Of a stretch of DNA of 64,000 nucleotides, positions 1 to 12,300 are shown in pieces. The position numbers and the translations under genes are program-made. The stretch covers positions 325,859 to 389,858 of the forward strand of contig SMSO01000006.1 in NCBI GenBank assembly GCA_004764695.1, read 5' to 3'. This stretch comes from Schizochytrium sp. TIO01. Lineage: Eukaryota; Protista; Bigyra: Labyrinthulomycetes. Position 1 is the stretch's first letter. Every line of letters begins with the position of its first letter. The notes beneath the pieces were generated by a model that saw only the letters and a list, made by a program, of their open reading frames with translations, did no database searches and had not been told where the DNA came from.

Positions 1-1
1 C

Positions 2-175
2 ATGTGGAACGACGGGTTTAGTGGACAACAAAGGACTATGACGACCTGTCCCACTGCGAGCTCGGGATTCTACGGTCCGAAGAGTCTGCAGAAACCGATG
101 TACATCGTGGCGGAGCACAGGCCTTCGCGCAGAGTTTACAGCAGCAGCAACCCTAGATCTCCTAGTGGCAGGTGA
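2..175 (+). CDS. Possible 3' end of a gene entering from the left edge (…MWNDGFSGQQRT…SPSGR*)
   Basis: Frame 2 is open from the window start to TGA at 173-175. The segment is GC-rich, and AT-rich sequence follows. No recognisable motif. Confidence 0.3.
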   Translation: MWNDGFSGQQRTMTTCPTASSGFYGPKSLQKPMYIVAEHRPSRRVYSSSNPRSPSGR

Positions 176-2182
176 CGCAGTTGCGGTCCGCTGTTGCTGA
201 GCTCATTGAATTGTCAATAATATCCCTTTATTACCAAAAGGCTGGCGACTTGATTCTCGTTCTTTTGTCTGGTTTGATTGTTAAAGTAACCTTACAAGTT
301 GAAGAAACAAAGGTAGTTCTGATCTTCAAGGAATATTTCGATGGAATAGAGTCACAAAACAAAGATAATCGAAAAAAGACACATCCCCTTGGTGCAGCAT
401 CATACCTGCGGCGCGTTCAAGATGCGAGTGCCATGAGCGGAAACCGCGGGCTGGGCACGCAGCCTTCCTTGAAGAACTGGCTGGTAGTGGGAAGCACGAC
501 TACCGGAAGCAGCTTCACAGCGTTTCAGGTTGCAACGTCGCGAGACCGTTCTCGCAAGAACGGCCAAGCGTTGTCATATTCTTTCGCTTCAGAATTTTGG
601 AACACAAGAATTGAAAACCTCAGGCATTTCGTTTTTTTTTTAAGGGGAACTTTAACCAGTAGTAGTCTCCAAAGAATTGAAAACATAAGCTCTTCGCTAC
701 TCTGTCTCGCTCATGTGATAATAGGGTAGTTATTTATACTAGAAAAGGCAGGGTTCTTCGTTTGTGGAGAAAACAATGATGGGAACAGCGCAACATGCAA
801 TTCTCATTGTTAAAGCGCATCTGTGCTGATTCTACACGCGTCGCTCGTAGTGCCTATCTAATGCCTTCAGGATATATAGCACAATTTATTTTCATTCCAC
901 ACCTACGCTTATAGACATAAATTAACAATTGATTCGTCCATGCCCTCCGATTTTTAGCCAAAATATATGATTTTACTTTTGTGCCAATACTGTAGAGAAC
1001 AATCATCATCATCGAACCCTCCGTGCTGGAATTCTAGCTGTTAAATTTTGTTGGTCTTGGTCAGAATGCTAAGAAAATCTCAAACCTCTAGATCTAAAAC
1101 TCGCCGCATTGCATTAACGCTGCATAAGTTATTCAGGGACAAACAGCAGATTCAGGACAAAGCAATCTAGCACAGGGATGTTCAGACAAACGTGCAATAT
1201 GTAAGAATATAAGAAATCACATCGTTCGAGCTAAAACTCTTTTCTGACAGAAATTATATTGAAGAATCTATGTTTCAATGCACTGAAGGTCTTGTCAACT
1301 GTGCCAAAATTTACGTTCGACTTGATATAACCAGTTATCTCCAGCCTATCGAAGAGGGTTTTTCATAATGCGGATGATAATTAGTATTAACAAACGGAGC
1401 ACCTGATTTGGCCATATCAGTTTAGTATAGATTGCTGTTGTGAGCTCAGCAGGAATGTATAGATAGATTCTTGTTGAATCTTTGTTAAAAAGTCATCCCG
1501 TAACGAATTTTATGAGGAAGCAAGTCCTAGCGCAATGCCAATCCACTACTCGCCATTCTTGAAGAGTATCATAAGTTATGTTCGCCATACCAACCAACAC
1601 AAAACTAAGGAAAGGTCATACTATACCAGCGCGACAGTTATGTATTAATAAACTTTTTCCCCAAAATAATTCACGGCAAGAGAGACTTGAGAAATTACAT
1701 GCTACTACAGCCCACCATATGAGGCATGTCCTTTGAGTGAAAGAGCTTTTCAGTCGAACTTATGAAATATCTATATCTTCTCACACTTACTTCACCAAAC
1801 CTGGCGATATTGGCCTGAAATGCGTGAAACACATAGCGATGATTTTGTATACTTTGAAAAGAAATTATGTTTTTGCTAAATTGATTAACAGTATGACACT
1901 ACACAACAAATATTCATTCATAATTTAGAGGATATTAGAGGATATGCAATGACCTTTCAATGGTTTGATTTTCATACTCACCATGAAGTAAATGAGAGTC
2001 CCTTAAGGACTGGATTTCTCAGGTAGAACTAATACGATTAGGCATCCCTACCTTGTAATTGCAGTGAACAATGACATTGTTCTCCTGTAAACAAGATACG
2101 TCATATCAATCCAAGTACGAAGTAAAGACAACTTTTCCCTTCACGATGTGAAGAATGCTCCACTTGTGGTAAATGCTAGAGC

Positions 2183-3904
2183 TTATGGTAAAACAGTTCG
2201 CGGAGGTTTCCAGCCAACGATACCGATATTTTCTAAATGCATGGCTGTTGCAATTGTTAAATGATCATTACCATTCGCGGCAACTAGCTGCACACCTGTG
2301 GGCAAATGCTTGTCACGAGATAATCCTGTGGGCACTGCTGTGGCCGGTACCTCCATAACATTCAAAATAGCAGTCGCAGCGCAATCCGCAAAGAACAAAA
2401 GGTTAGGTAAGGGACCGTGCAAGGGAGCTGGTGTTGGCAAGCTCGGGAAGATCAGCACACCATTGTCGCCAAGTAAATCATTCATTTCCAAACGCAAATC
2501 TGATCCCTTTGAAAGGTTTGAGAGATGTTCCTTCGGCACCAAATCTTTGAAACGCTCCACAAGTGCAAGCCCAAGAGCAGGAAACGTATGTCTTGTCCCC
2601 AGTCCGCAAGTTGCGAGCCCTTTGAAAATCTCCCATATCGGAGTCAGAACATAGCCAAGCCCTTCGGAGATGATTTCCACAAACGGCACTTCTTGGGCTT
2701 CTTGTAACATTGCTGACCAAATGTTGAATGCTCTCTTGAGCCCCTTGAATTCAACAGGATGCACCTCCACACCAAGAGATGCCTCCAAAGCTTGAACAAC
2801 CCGTTCCTGAGCTTCTTGCATAGCTGGGTCTCGAGATCGTAGCACCCCTAGAACAGTGCCAGGTTGGTCCCAAACTACATAAAACTTGAGTTTGCGCATG
2901 TCCACGCTACATGGATCAGGCCAAGACAATGACTTCATGAAAGGCCGCTGCTTAGCTAGATAGCTGACTTCATCACTTGTTGGCTCAATCAGTTCATTTG
3001 ATTCGACAGGCCCTGCCATAATACGTAACAAGGGAAATAAATCCCGAGCATACCGAGCTGTAGGTCCCAATTGGCAGTAGCTTTCAACTTTCCCATGTAC
3101 AATTGGTAATGTACGCATATTTGGAACGGCTCCGCCCGTTGGCTTGTGACCAAAAACTCCATTGTAGAGCGCAGGAATTCTTGTGCTTCCACCCACATCC
3201 GATGTCACACCAAAGGAACCACACAAAGAGGAGACCAAAGCAGAAGTACCACCGCTACTTCCTCCACACGTTCGACGTAGGTCATATGGCATATTTGTGA
3301 CACCATGCACTGGATTGCTTGACTCAAACCACATGCAAGCTTCACTAGTATTACCGCATGCCAAAATAATCGCTCCTTTGGTTAAAAGACGGTTGAGCAC
3401 TGGGTTAATTTTCTTGCCCTTTTGATGTCGACGGCCAAAAATTCCACCAGTGAAGGGAAAATCAGGATACTCAAAAACCTCTTTGCTAATGAATGGAACA
3501 CCCATCAGTTCTGGTAGTGTATTTATATTGCCATTGCTGCTGCATCGGGCAATCTCAGCATCTACCCATTGTGCCTGGCGACGTGCTGCCTCAAAGGATT
3601 GTCCTACAGCAGCATTGAGTGCTGGGTTCACTGCATTAATCTGATTAATGTAAAGGTCCACCATTTCTTCAGAGGTCACCTCTCTATTACGCAACTTCTC
3701 TGCAAGCTCCATCGTAGACCATCTTAGTCGAAGATCGCTCTCGGCGATTGCATGCACAACACCTTCATGTGCCAACCGCAAAGCTTTATCGATGCGAGCT
3801 TGCCTTAAAAGATATAGAGCAGCCACGAGGCACACCAACATCAACCCTGGATAAGAAGCGAGCACCTGAGCAGAGACATCGTCCACGCTGGGAAACTGCA
3901 CCAT
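2183..3904 (-). CDS. Amidase-signature family enzyme, fatty-acid amide hydrolase 2 (FAAH2)-like, with N-terminal membrane anchor
   Basis: Ser-cisSer-Lys triad motifs GVPFISKE, GGSSGG and SDVGGSTRIPA; C-terminal LPTGVQLVA; hydrophobic GLMLVCLVAALYLL near the N-terminus. First ATG is at 3904 (the ORF track starts at a GTG at 3952). Confidence 0.9.
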   Translation of the reverse strand: MVQFPSVDDVSAQVLASYPGLMLVCLVAALYLLRQARIDKALRLAHEGVVHAIAESDLRLRWSTMELAEKLRNREVTSEEMVDLYINQINAVNPALNAAVGQSFEAARRQAQWVDAEIARCSSNGNINTLPELMGVPFISKEVFEYPDFPFTGGIFGRRHQKGKKINPVLNRLLTKGAIILACGNTSEACMWFESSNPVHGVTNMPYDLRRTCGGSSGGTSALVSSLCGSFGVTSDVGGSTRIPALYNGVFGHKPTGGAVPNMRTLPIVHGKVESYCQLGPTARYARDLFPLLRIMAGPVESNELIEPTSDEVSYLAKQRPFMKSLSWPDPCSVDMRKLKFYVVWDQPGTVLGVLRSRDPAMQEAQERVVQALEASLGVEVHPVEFKGLKRAFNIWSAMLQEAQEVPFVEIISEGLGYVLTPIWEIFKGLATCGLGTRHTFPALGLALVERFKDLVPKEHLSNLSKGSDLRLEMNDLLGDNGVLIFPSLPTPAPLHGPLPNLLFFADCAATAILNVMEVPATAVPTGLSRDKHLPTGVQLVAANGNDHLTIATAMHLENIGIVGWKPPRTVLP

Positions 3905-4780
3905 TGAAATATAGGGAAGTGCCACCACACTAGACTCTAGTTTGACAACCACTACTTGAGCACAATCAACCAGCTTGAGGATCCACTGTTGATTTTAGTT
4001 TGGGATCCTGGTTTGAAGTGTTTGAAGTCTTCCCTTTGCTAAACCTGTTAGATGGCACTACCATACTCGGATGAGTCCTACATAGGTAGGTACCTAGTAC
4101 TACAGTAGCAGTTAATGGAGAGTTGAGAGCGAATGATTGAGAGCAGTCAGCTGGCGTGGAGACGGGCCTTCAAGACAGAGGTTGACACTTTGCAAGTAAT
4201 AATTCACTGGGAAGATAGTATTAAACCATAATATTATGAGCCCTTCTCAGCTTGTGCTCTTTGAAACCATGACACTGCTGGCTTTTCTACGCAAATAGCG
4301 ACAAGCACCTTCAAGGTATCAATAATACCAATTACAAATTACAGAAAGGGGAGGCTTAGATTCATGAAAATACCATGCTTGGGAAGCACAATATAATATA
4401 AGCCCCTACTACGATGTTCTTGATATAAAATTGAAGTGATGCTATCAAGGTATGTAATTGCGGCTGAAAGATATCACAAAAAGAGCAAAAGCTTCACAGC
4501 GGTTTTTATAATAAGGAAACTACGATCAGAACAATATATTTCCCTGCTAGGTTTGCGCAACCAACTTCAAACGAACCAAGGGAAATTGTAGAAACCACTG
4601 TTCATGTATGTCAAGGTAGGCTACTAAAAAGGGGAGGAGAGAAAGGAAAACACAGCAATTGGCGGTCATGCCTCGATCTTCATTTGGATTCTGCAGCTGT
4701 TCGTCCAGAACCTGCCTGTCAAGAATTGTAAAAATCCGTTATCCGAGGAGGAGATTCTCCTGGCGAGCTAGAGAAGGGAT

Positions 4781-5368
4781 TTACTTAGACTTGCCTGTAT
4801 CCGCGTTGTCAAGAGGCACGTGAGATCCAGCGATATAGCTTGGCGACGGGTTCTGCAGGTCCAGCAAGTCCTCTCGGGACTCCTTGATGAGCGTGGCATT
4901 ACCCCGCATGTAGCGCAAAGCAATAATGACAACCATGAGGTAGAACAAAGTCATGGGAATAAGCTCCGAGTTGATTCTACCCTGCTCAGCCAAAGCGAAT
5001 GCGAAAAAACCAATCTGTGTGGCGAGCGGAATCAAAGACATCCTGAAGAAGTTGTCACTTGTAAAGTTGTCAAAGGAACTCTCTTGCTTGTTCAACCATG
5101 CTGCCGAGAGACCGTAAAACACAGCACTAAGCGCATCAAACGCGGCAAAATCAAGATTATCTTTGTGCGCCAAAGCAGCATAAGCAGCAAAAAATACCAG
5201 AGCACAGGTCAGCCGAAAGAGAAATGTACGCCACATTAAATTAAACGCTTCCGTCTGGACATGGAGAGTTTGCAGAGGTCGGTCTGCGCGCTCAATGAAC
5301 TGTTGCTCAAAGTCGCTACGAGCTTCCTGCCGCTCCCGCCCTCCGGCCTTGCGTGACCGAAGCCCCAT
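4781..5368 (-). CDS. Uncharacterised 195-aa membrane protein, about 4 TM helices
   Basis: ATG-initiated ORF with four hydrophobic segments (TFLFRLTCALVFFAAYAALA, FAAFDALSAVFYGLSAAWL, MSLIPLATQIGFFAFALA, LIPMTLFYLMVVIIALRY). Divergent from the golgin gene. Confidence 0.7.
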   Translation of the reverse strand: MGLRSRKAGGRERQEARSDFEQQFIERADRPLQTLHVQTEAFNLMWRTFLFRLTCALVFFAAYAALAHKDNLDFAAFDALSAVFYGLSAAWLNKQESSFDNFTSDNFFRMSLIPLATQIGFFAFALAEQGRINSELIPMTLFYLMVVIIALRYMRGNATLIKESREDLLDLQNPSPSYIAGSHVPLDNADTGKSK

Positions 5369-6326
5369 CGTGCTCTCTATGGAGTCTACTTAAAGCCCCA
5401 AACTAAACAAACAAAAAACGGCAAGCTCACGAAAAGCCCTCCGTGGTTATAAATATGTTGTGCGTCAACCCTCAGTGATGCTTTGGCTGAATGAATGGAT
5501 CAAAAATCGCGTTGATCGTGCTTCTAGAGCCCTCAAAAATATATGCTCTCGTCCACGTCACTGAGCGGCAGCTGATTCTCTACTTGCAGCACAATATATT
5601 GTTTACCTTGTAAGTCAATTATTAAACTTACATAATAAACTATTCCTCCCAACAAGTGAGCTATTTTTGCGCCAAGTAGACGATTCACAAGTTCCATGCG
5701 AAAGTGGCACAAAGGGGAACTCGCAAGTAGAACAAAGAGTTTAGTCCATAGTAGCACTTGCGGATATGAATAGGCTATATGGAGAAAGTTCTAGTGTAGC
5801 CAGTATTACTGGCACTTTACCGAGAAGGGAGACGCTTTCTTTCCCTCTTACATCTCTTCTAGCATTTCTTTGCGCAGAGCTTGCTTGCTCCACCCAGATC
5901 GAAAACGCGGTACGGTGCTGGTTGAGTTTGGGAAAGAGGCAAAGGGACTGCAGGGACGCGACAAGTCCTTCTGCAGGCGTCCTTTCTTGCAGCAATTATC
6001 GCCAAAGCAACGTGTCTTCGTTCACGCCGCGGTTTTTGGCGGGCCTGTTGAGCACCATCGTACCGGTGTGTTCGAGCTTACATACAAACATAGACGTACA
6101 AATAGATCCTTCGAAGGTACAAAGGGTTTACATGGCAAGATAAGCTCTTGGGAGGACTGTACAGCTTAGGGACGCAACTGAGAGGACTCGACTCAGCGAG
6201 GACTTTTGTTGACAAAGCTTTTTCTCCCTCGAAGAGCCGTATTCAGGGTCTACAGAATTGTAAGAGTGCAATCTGAGGTCGATAAATTTTGCTTCAGGGG
6301 TGACCCTAAACTAATATTTGTCCACA

Positions 6327-9300
6327 ATGAACTGGCTTGAGAGCGTGAAAAGCAACGCCCAGAAGCTGGTGGAAGAGGGCAAACAATATGCAGAAAAGAT
6401 GGAGCAGGCGCTCATGGAGGGCGAAGAGGACTCCAGCGATGATTCCAATGAAAGTGACGAAGGAGATGACGTCGACTCCAACGTTGATGATCATGAAACT
6501 CAGGGAGATCAAGGAGAAGAGCACTCTACCAAAGTTTCAAAATCTCAAAGAAAGTCGAGACCAAAAGACCGGGAACAAGACGATGACGAGGTGAGCTGGT
6601 CTGACGATGGCAATGGCGAATGGGGTGAAGAAGATGCGGATAGTATCACCAGTTCTAAAAAAGTTGACGCTGGTACGGATGAAGATCCACCAAAAGATCA
6701 TGCTCAGGCTGCAAGTAGCTCTGCAGCAGGCCTTTTTGGCTTGGTCAGCAGTGGGTTACACAATCTGTTAGACGATGAAGGGGATGAAGAGGATTCTGAA
6801 AGTGACAGCGGCCCTCAAGGAAGTGGCTGGGGTGATGCTGAAGAAAGCCTTGATGAGGGAGACGTTGAGGAGGAGAGTGGGCGCCAAAGATCATCATCTA
6901 AATCTGATGCAACTCAATCTAAGGCTGGTGGTGCTTCTCGCTCAAACCCCATGTTCAATTTTATGAACCAAATGGGACGTATGATTGCCACGGCAGATGA
7001 AGAAGAGGGTGAAGAACAAAAGACAGCACAGATGCAGCATCTCTTAACAGAAGCAGAAAATCTGAAATCGCACATGCTGCTTCTGACTGAGGAGAAGAAG
7101 TTCTTTGAACAACGGATTCGGGAATATGAGCAAGAACGGGAAACCATGGAGAAGGAAATGCAAGCTCTTCGAGACGCAAATCCCGCAGCGTCTTCTGACG
7201 TGGATACACAAGAGTCCCTGAAGAAGCTTCAAGATCAACTCCACGAAGCGCTAACCGAAGCAGCAGCTCATCAAGCAGAAATTGACACACTTCGCGCTGA
7301 ATTGGACTCTAAGCCAAACCTCGAGGCCGAGGGAAAGGGCCGCGAGCAGCTCCGCAGTGAACGCGAGGCATTTGAAGCAAGCAAAGCACGCATTGCTCAA
7401 GAAAATGCTGACTTACAAAATAAACTTTCTGAAGTTACTGAAACATCACGCTCGCAGCAAGCTGAACTGGATGATTTGCGCGCACAAGTCGAGCGATTGG
7501 TCCCACTTGCAGACAAGGCAGAGACACTGCAGCAAGAGCTTGACCAAGCCTCTGAAAATGCTGCAACTGAAAGCCATTCCCAACTTGAAGCGCTCCAAAG
7601 TGAACTTGAGGCGCTGAAAGAGAAACTAGTTCAGGCTGAACAGGCTCTTGCAGAAGCTACCCATGACGAAGAAATCGAAGATCTTCAAAGCAAACTTCAA
7701 GATGCAAATGAAAAGCTGCAGGAAGCACAAAATGCAACTGCTATGGCTAAGGAACTACAGGAACAAGCAAACGCCTATAATGAGGAAATCCATCGCCTCA
7801 CAGAGGAGCTTGAAAATACAAAAGCAGGGGGTGAGACAGAAATGGACTCTCTTCGTGAGGAATTGTCTTCAAAGAATGCAGAACTTGGTCGTCTTGCCGA
7901 GGAACTCCAATCTGCCAAGGCTGATGGTGAGACAGAAATGGGCTCTCTTCGTGAGGAATTGTCTTCAAAGAATGCAGAACTTGATCGTCTTGCCGAGGAA
8001 CTCAAATCCGCAGAGGTCGGAGGTGCGACGGAGATGGAAACACTGCGTGAGGAGTTGACCTCGAAGAATGCTGAACTTGAGCGTCTCACTGAGGAGCTTG
8101 CATCTGCGAAGACTGGCGATGATACGGAGATGGAAACGCTGCGTGACGAGCTATCTTCAAAGAATATCGAGCTTGAACGTCTTACCGATGAACTCGAATC
8201 TGCCAAGGCAGGAGGTGAGTCAGAGATGGAAAAACTGCGCGAGGAGCTATCTACGAAGAATGCCGAGCTTGAACGACTTGCCGAGGAACTCGAATCTGCC
8301 AAGGCAGGAGGTGAGTCAGAGATGGAATCACTGCGCGAGGAGCTGTCTACGAAGAATGCTGAGCTTGAACGTCTTGCCGAGGAACTCGAATCCTCCAAGG
8401 CAGGAGGTGAGTCAGAGATGGATTCACTTCGGGAGGAATTGTCAACAAAGAATGCCGAACTCGAGCGTCTCGCTGAGGAAATTGAATCAACTAAGACTGG
8501 TGGTGAGAACGAGGCAAGTTCTCTTCGTGATGAGCTTTTAAGCAAGACTACAGAGCTTGAGCGCCTCAGGGAGGAGCTTGAAAGCTCCAAACTTGGTGGA
8601 GAGAGTGAATTAGCCACTCTTCGTGGAGAGCTTGCTAGCAAGTCTTCCGAGCTTGATCGCCTGATTGAGGAGCTCGAGACCACAAAAGCTGGTGGCGAAA
8701 GCGAGGCTTTGTCACTCCGTGAAGAACTGGCCAATAAAGATGCCGAACTTGAGAAGCTTCTTACAGAACTTGAGACCACCAAGGAACAGCGCGAAAGCGA
8801 GGTTGAATCAATGCGAGGTACTTTTGAGTCTAGAACGGCTGAATTGGAGCAACGCGAAAAGGAGCTCGAGCGCGAGCTAGCAACTCAGTCTGAGGTCCTT
8901 CACGACGCTCAAGAAGCGCTCACGATTGCCCGCTCCAGCGGAGACGAAGAACTCATATCTCTCCGTACAATGCTTGATGAAAAGAACCATGAGTTGCGCG
9001 AAGCCCAAGAGTCGTCTGAATTGCGAGCTTCCGAGGTAACTGATCTTCGAGCACAACTTGAGCAAGTTCGCGTCAGCCTTGAGCAGTCGACAGAGGAACA
9101 GCAAAAGACTCGCGAGGATGCTAGTGCTGAGACAGCAAAATTACAGGAGCGTCTCGAAGAAGTTGAAACCAAACTGGCAGCTGCACAGACTGATGTTGCA
9201 GAGGCCGAACACCTCCGTGAGCAATTCGATGAGTTGCGCAAAAAGTATGGCAAGGGAGAACATGGGAAGGCTCTCGTCGATCATGTCGAACGTCTCGCTG

Positions 9301-12300
9301 AAGAGCGTCTCAAGGGATATCTTGCTGCCCGTGGACTTGTACAAGACCAGGACGATGAAGACGAAGATGCCGAGGCTGCCTTGGACCGAGGTCTTGCCGC
9401 AGATCGTAGCAAGCTCATATCCTTGGAGGCAGAGCTTGAAAGTGCGCGTACAACTCTAGAGGAGTCTTGGCGTAACCTGGAAAATGAACAAGCTAAACAC
9501 GAAGCCAAGGAACAAGAGCTTGTGCAAGCGCAAAAGCATATCGAAGAGCTACAAGTGAGCCAAGCTAATTTGCAGGCCACAACACAAAAGGAACTTGAAG
9601 AAGCTTTACAAAAAGTCAAAGATTTGGAGCAGGAGCTTGAAACTGGAAAATCATCTCGGGAATCAGAAGCTGGCCAACTGCAGGAAGCCGAACAGAGTCT
9701 GGAGGTACTCCGTGTGGATCTCAACAAGGCACAGGAATACTCAAAGGGTGTTGAAGAGAAGATGGCGAAGCTCAAGGGACAGTACCTTGAACTGTTACGC
9801 AGCCGGTCAAGCGAAAAGGATGAGACTTCATCTGCACTTTCCGATAAAAGTGAACAATTGGAGGCTGCTCTTGCAGATTTGAAGAAGGCCAGCGATGATT
9901 TGGAGGCCTTGCAAACAGCAAAGGATACAGCTGAAGAAAGGCTCAGAGTTCTGGAGAAGGCAAATGTAGACGCGTTGGAGGCTGCTGAATCCGACCAAGC
10001 AAACATTCAAGCAGAATTGGAAGAAGTCCGAGCGGCTTTGAACAGTGAACGTCAGGCTTGGGAGGCAAAGGAGGCTGAACTAGAAGCCAAGATCTCTGCT
10101 CAAGAATCTCAAGATGAGAGTCACCAACAGGTTGTACAGGCGGAGCTTGACGATTTGCGTGCAGCAAACAACAAGCTGAAGGAAGAATTAGAGACCAAAG
10201 AGACCGAATTTAAGGCCAAAGTCTCAGAGCAAGAATCCCAGGCTGAGTCAGACAAGCAATCTCTACTAAGCGAGCTTGAAGAAGCTCGTGTGCAGCTTCA
10301 GAAGGCTACTGAAGAGTGGGAGTCGAAATTGGCAAAACTTGAAGCCAGCTCTGCGGCACAAGGAGAACAGGTCGAAGCTGGCAAGCAAGCTTTGCAAACT
10401 GAACTTGAAGACATCCGATCAGCTTACGAGAGAGACAAGAGCAAGTGGGAGTCCAAGGAGGTTGACTGGGAAAACAATATGTCAGATCAAATATCCGCTA
10501 TGGACAACGAGAAGCAGGCACTGGAGGCAGAGCTAGAGCAGCTGCGCTCCAGCCATTCACAAGCTGTTGCTGAGTGGGAATCTAAGGAAGCTGACTGGAA
10601 TACACGTATTTCAGAGCGCGACTCTGAGACTAAAGATAAGTTGCAAGCTGCAGAGACGGAGCTAGAGGAACTTCGGAAATTGCCCGAGCTTCTTGAGGGC
10701 GAAAAGGCTCGCGCGCAGAGCGCAGAAGAACAAGCGTCAGAACTTGAAGGAAAACTTGAGCAAGCTTTGAACTCCAAGAATGACGAGGTGGAGTCGCTCG
10801 AGACAAAGCTTGAGTCGCTGCGCCAGGAGCTTGAGAAGACCCAAGGTGAACGTGAGGAATTGGAGACATCTAGTGCACAGGCCTGGCAAGAGGAAAAAAC
10901 TGCTTTGATGGCGGAGTTGGACGCAACCAAAGAAAAGGTTCAAGATCTTGAACGAATGCAACGCGAGCTTGCAGAAGCTCATGAAACGTTTGCGGAAGAG
11001 CGTGCTGCTCTCCAACATGAGCTGGCTGAGAAGGAGACATCTTTGGCCAATCTCGCCGACGCAAAAGAGGAGCTTCTCGCTCTCAAACAGCAAAGCCAAT
11101 CTGACCTTGCAGCCCTTGAAGACGAGATTTCCGTTTTAAAGGCCGCTGTTGATCGCGCAGAGGAGCGTGCGAGCGTGTCTGCAGAAGAGCGCGTCGCTGA
11201 ACTAGAGGCTGTGAATGCAGAACACAACGCCGAGGTCAGCAAGCTCCGAAGCGAACTTGCTGAGATCAAGAGTGCTGGTAAGAAGCAAAAGCTGCATACC
11301 GAAACACGTGTGCAAGAGTTAAACGAGAAGCACGCTCAAGAGCTTGCTGAGATGGAGGCCCGTCTTTCGACCGCGCACGCTACTGAAGCAGCCGAAACCC
11401 AGGCCCGCATTCAGGAGTTTGAGTCTAAACTCAAAGAAAGTGAGACTAAACTGCAAGAGAGCTCCGCTCGCGTACAGGAACTTGAAGATGCCCTTTCTAA
11501 GGCGCGTAGTGAGAGTGAAGAATTAGCGCGTAGTGAGAGTGAAGCCTTGGAGGCCAAGTTGCGTGGGGAGTTGAACGAAGCTGTGGCCAAAGCCGCGGAA
11601 GAGGCACGCGAGGCTGCTCAAGCTGAGGCCGAAGCTGAAGCGGCGACTTCTACCGGCGAATTGCAAAAGTACAAACGCAAGGCACAGGCTGCAATGAAGG
11701 CTTCACAAGCCAAGCTCAAGGCTCGCGATGAACAGATTGCCAAGTTGTCCCAAGATCTTTCGACTGCCCGTCAGCAGATAATTGATCTTGAGCGAGAACC
11801 TGTCGAGCGTGTCGTAGTGAAGGAAATTCACACAGACACACCTGCACAGGCAGCAGCACCTGGTCCTGATGTCATTGCTCTCGAGGCAGAAAAGGCTAAG
11901 CTAGAGGAAGCACTTGAGGCGGAGCGTGCGGCAGCCGAGGCAGCACGCACGGAGGTCTTAACAATTCAAGCTCAGCTCCAAGCCCAAGCCGAGGATTTGC
12001 AGTCCTTGCGTGAGCTAGCCCAAGAACAGGGAAGCGTGGCACAGAGCAACCAAGCTCAAGCTGAAGCAGAAAGGCAGCGCTGGCGTTCTGATATGGAGGC
12101 CGCATTGCAGAATGAACGACAAGAACATGCTCGTGCCCTGGCTGATTTACGTACAAACTTACAGAGTGCCCAGGAGGAAGCCGCTCGTCACCGCTCAGAA
12201 GCCGAGTCTCTGCGAGCAGAGAAGCAACATCGAATGTCAGAACTTGTGCTTAACGTTATTGAAGAGCCGACTTCTCGGAGCTCTACTCCACCTGTTGCCA

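Noticed and set aside
172-729. 185-aa ORF
   Set aside because: GTG start, AT-rich, no motif; probably the 3' flank of the gene ending at 175.
7755-8810. Regularly spaced repeats as a CRISPR array
   Set aside because: The units are in-frame 96-bp coding repeats with synonymous variation, no unique spacers and no cas genes, in a eukaryotic context.
7775-11269. Long Ser-rich antisense ORFs (7775-8782, 9281-10006, 10487-10930 and others)
   Set aside because: Shadows of the Glu/Leu-rich golgin codons; no independent motifs.
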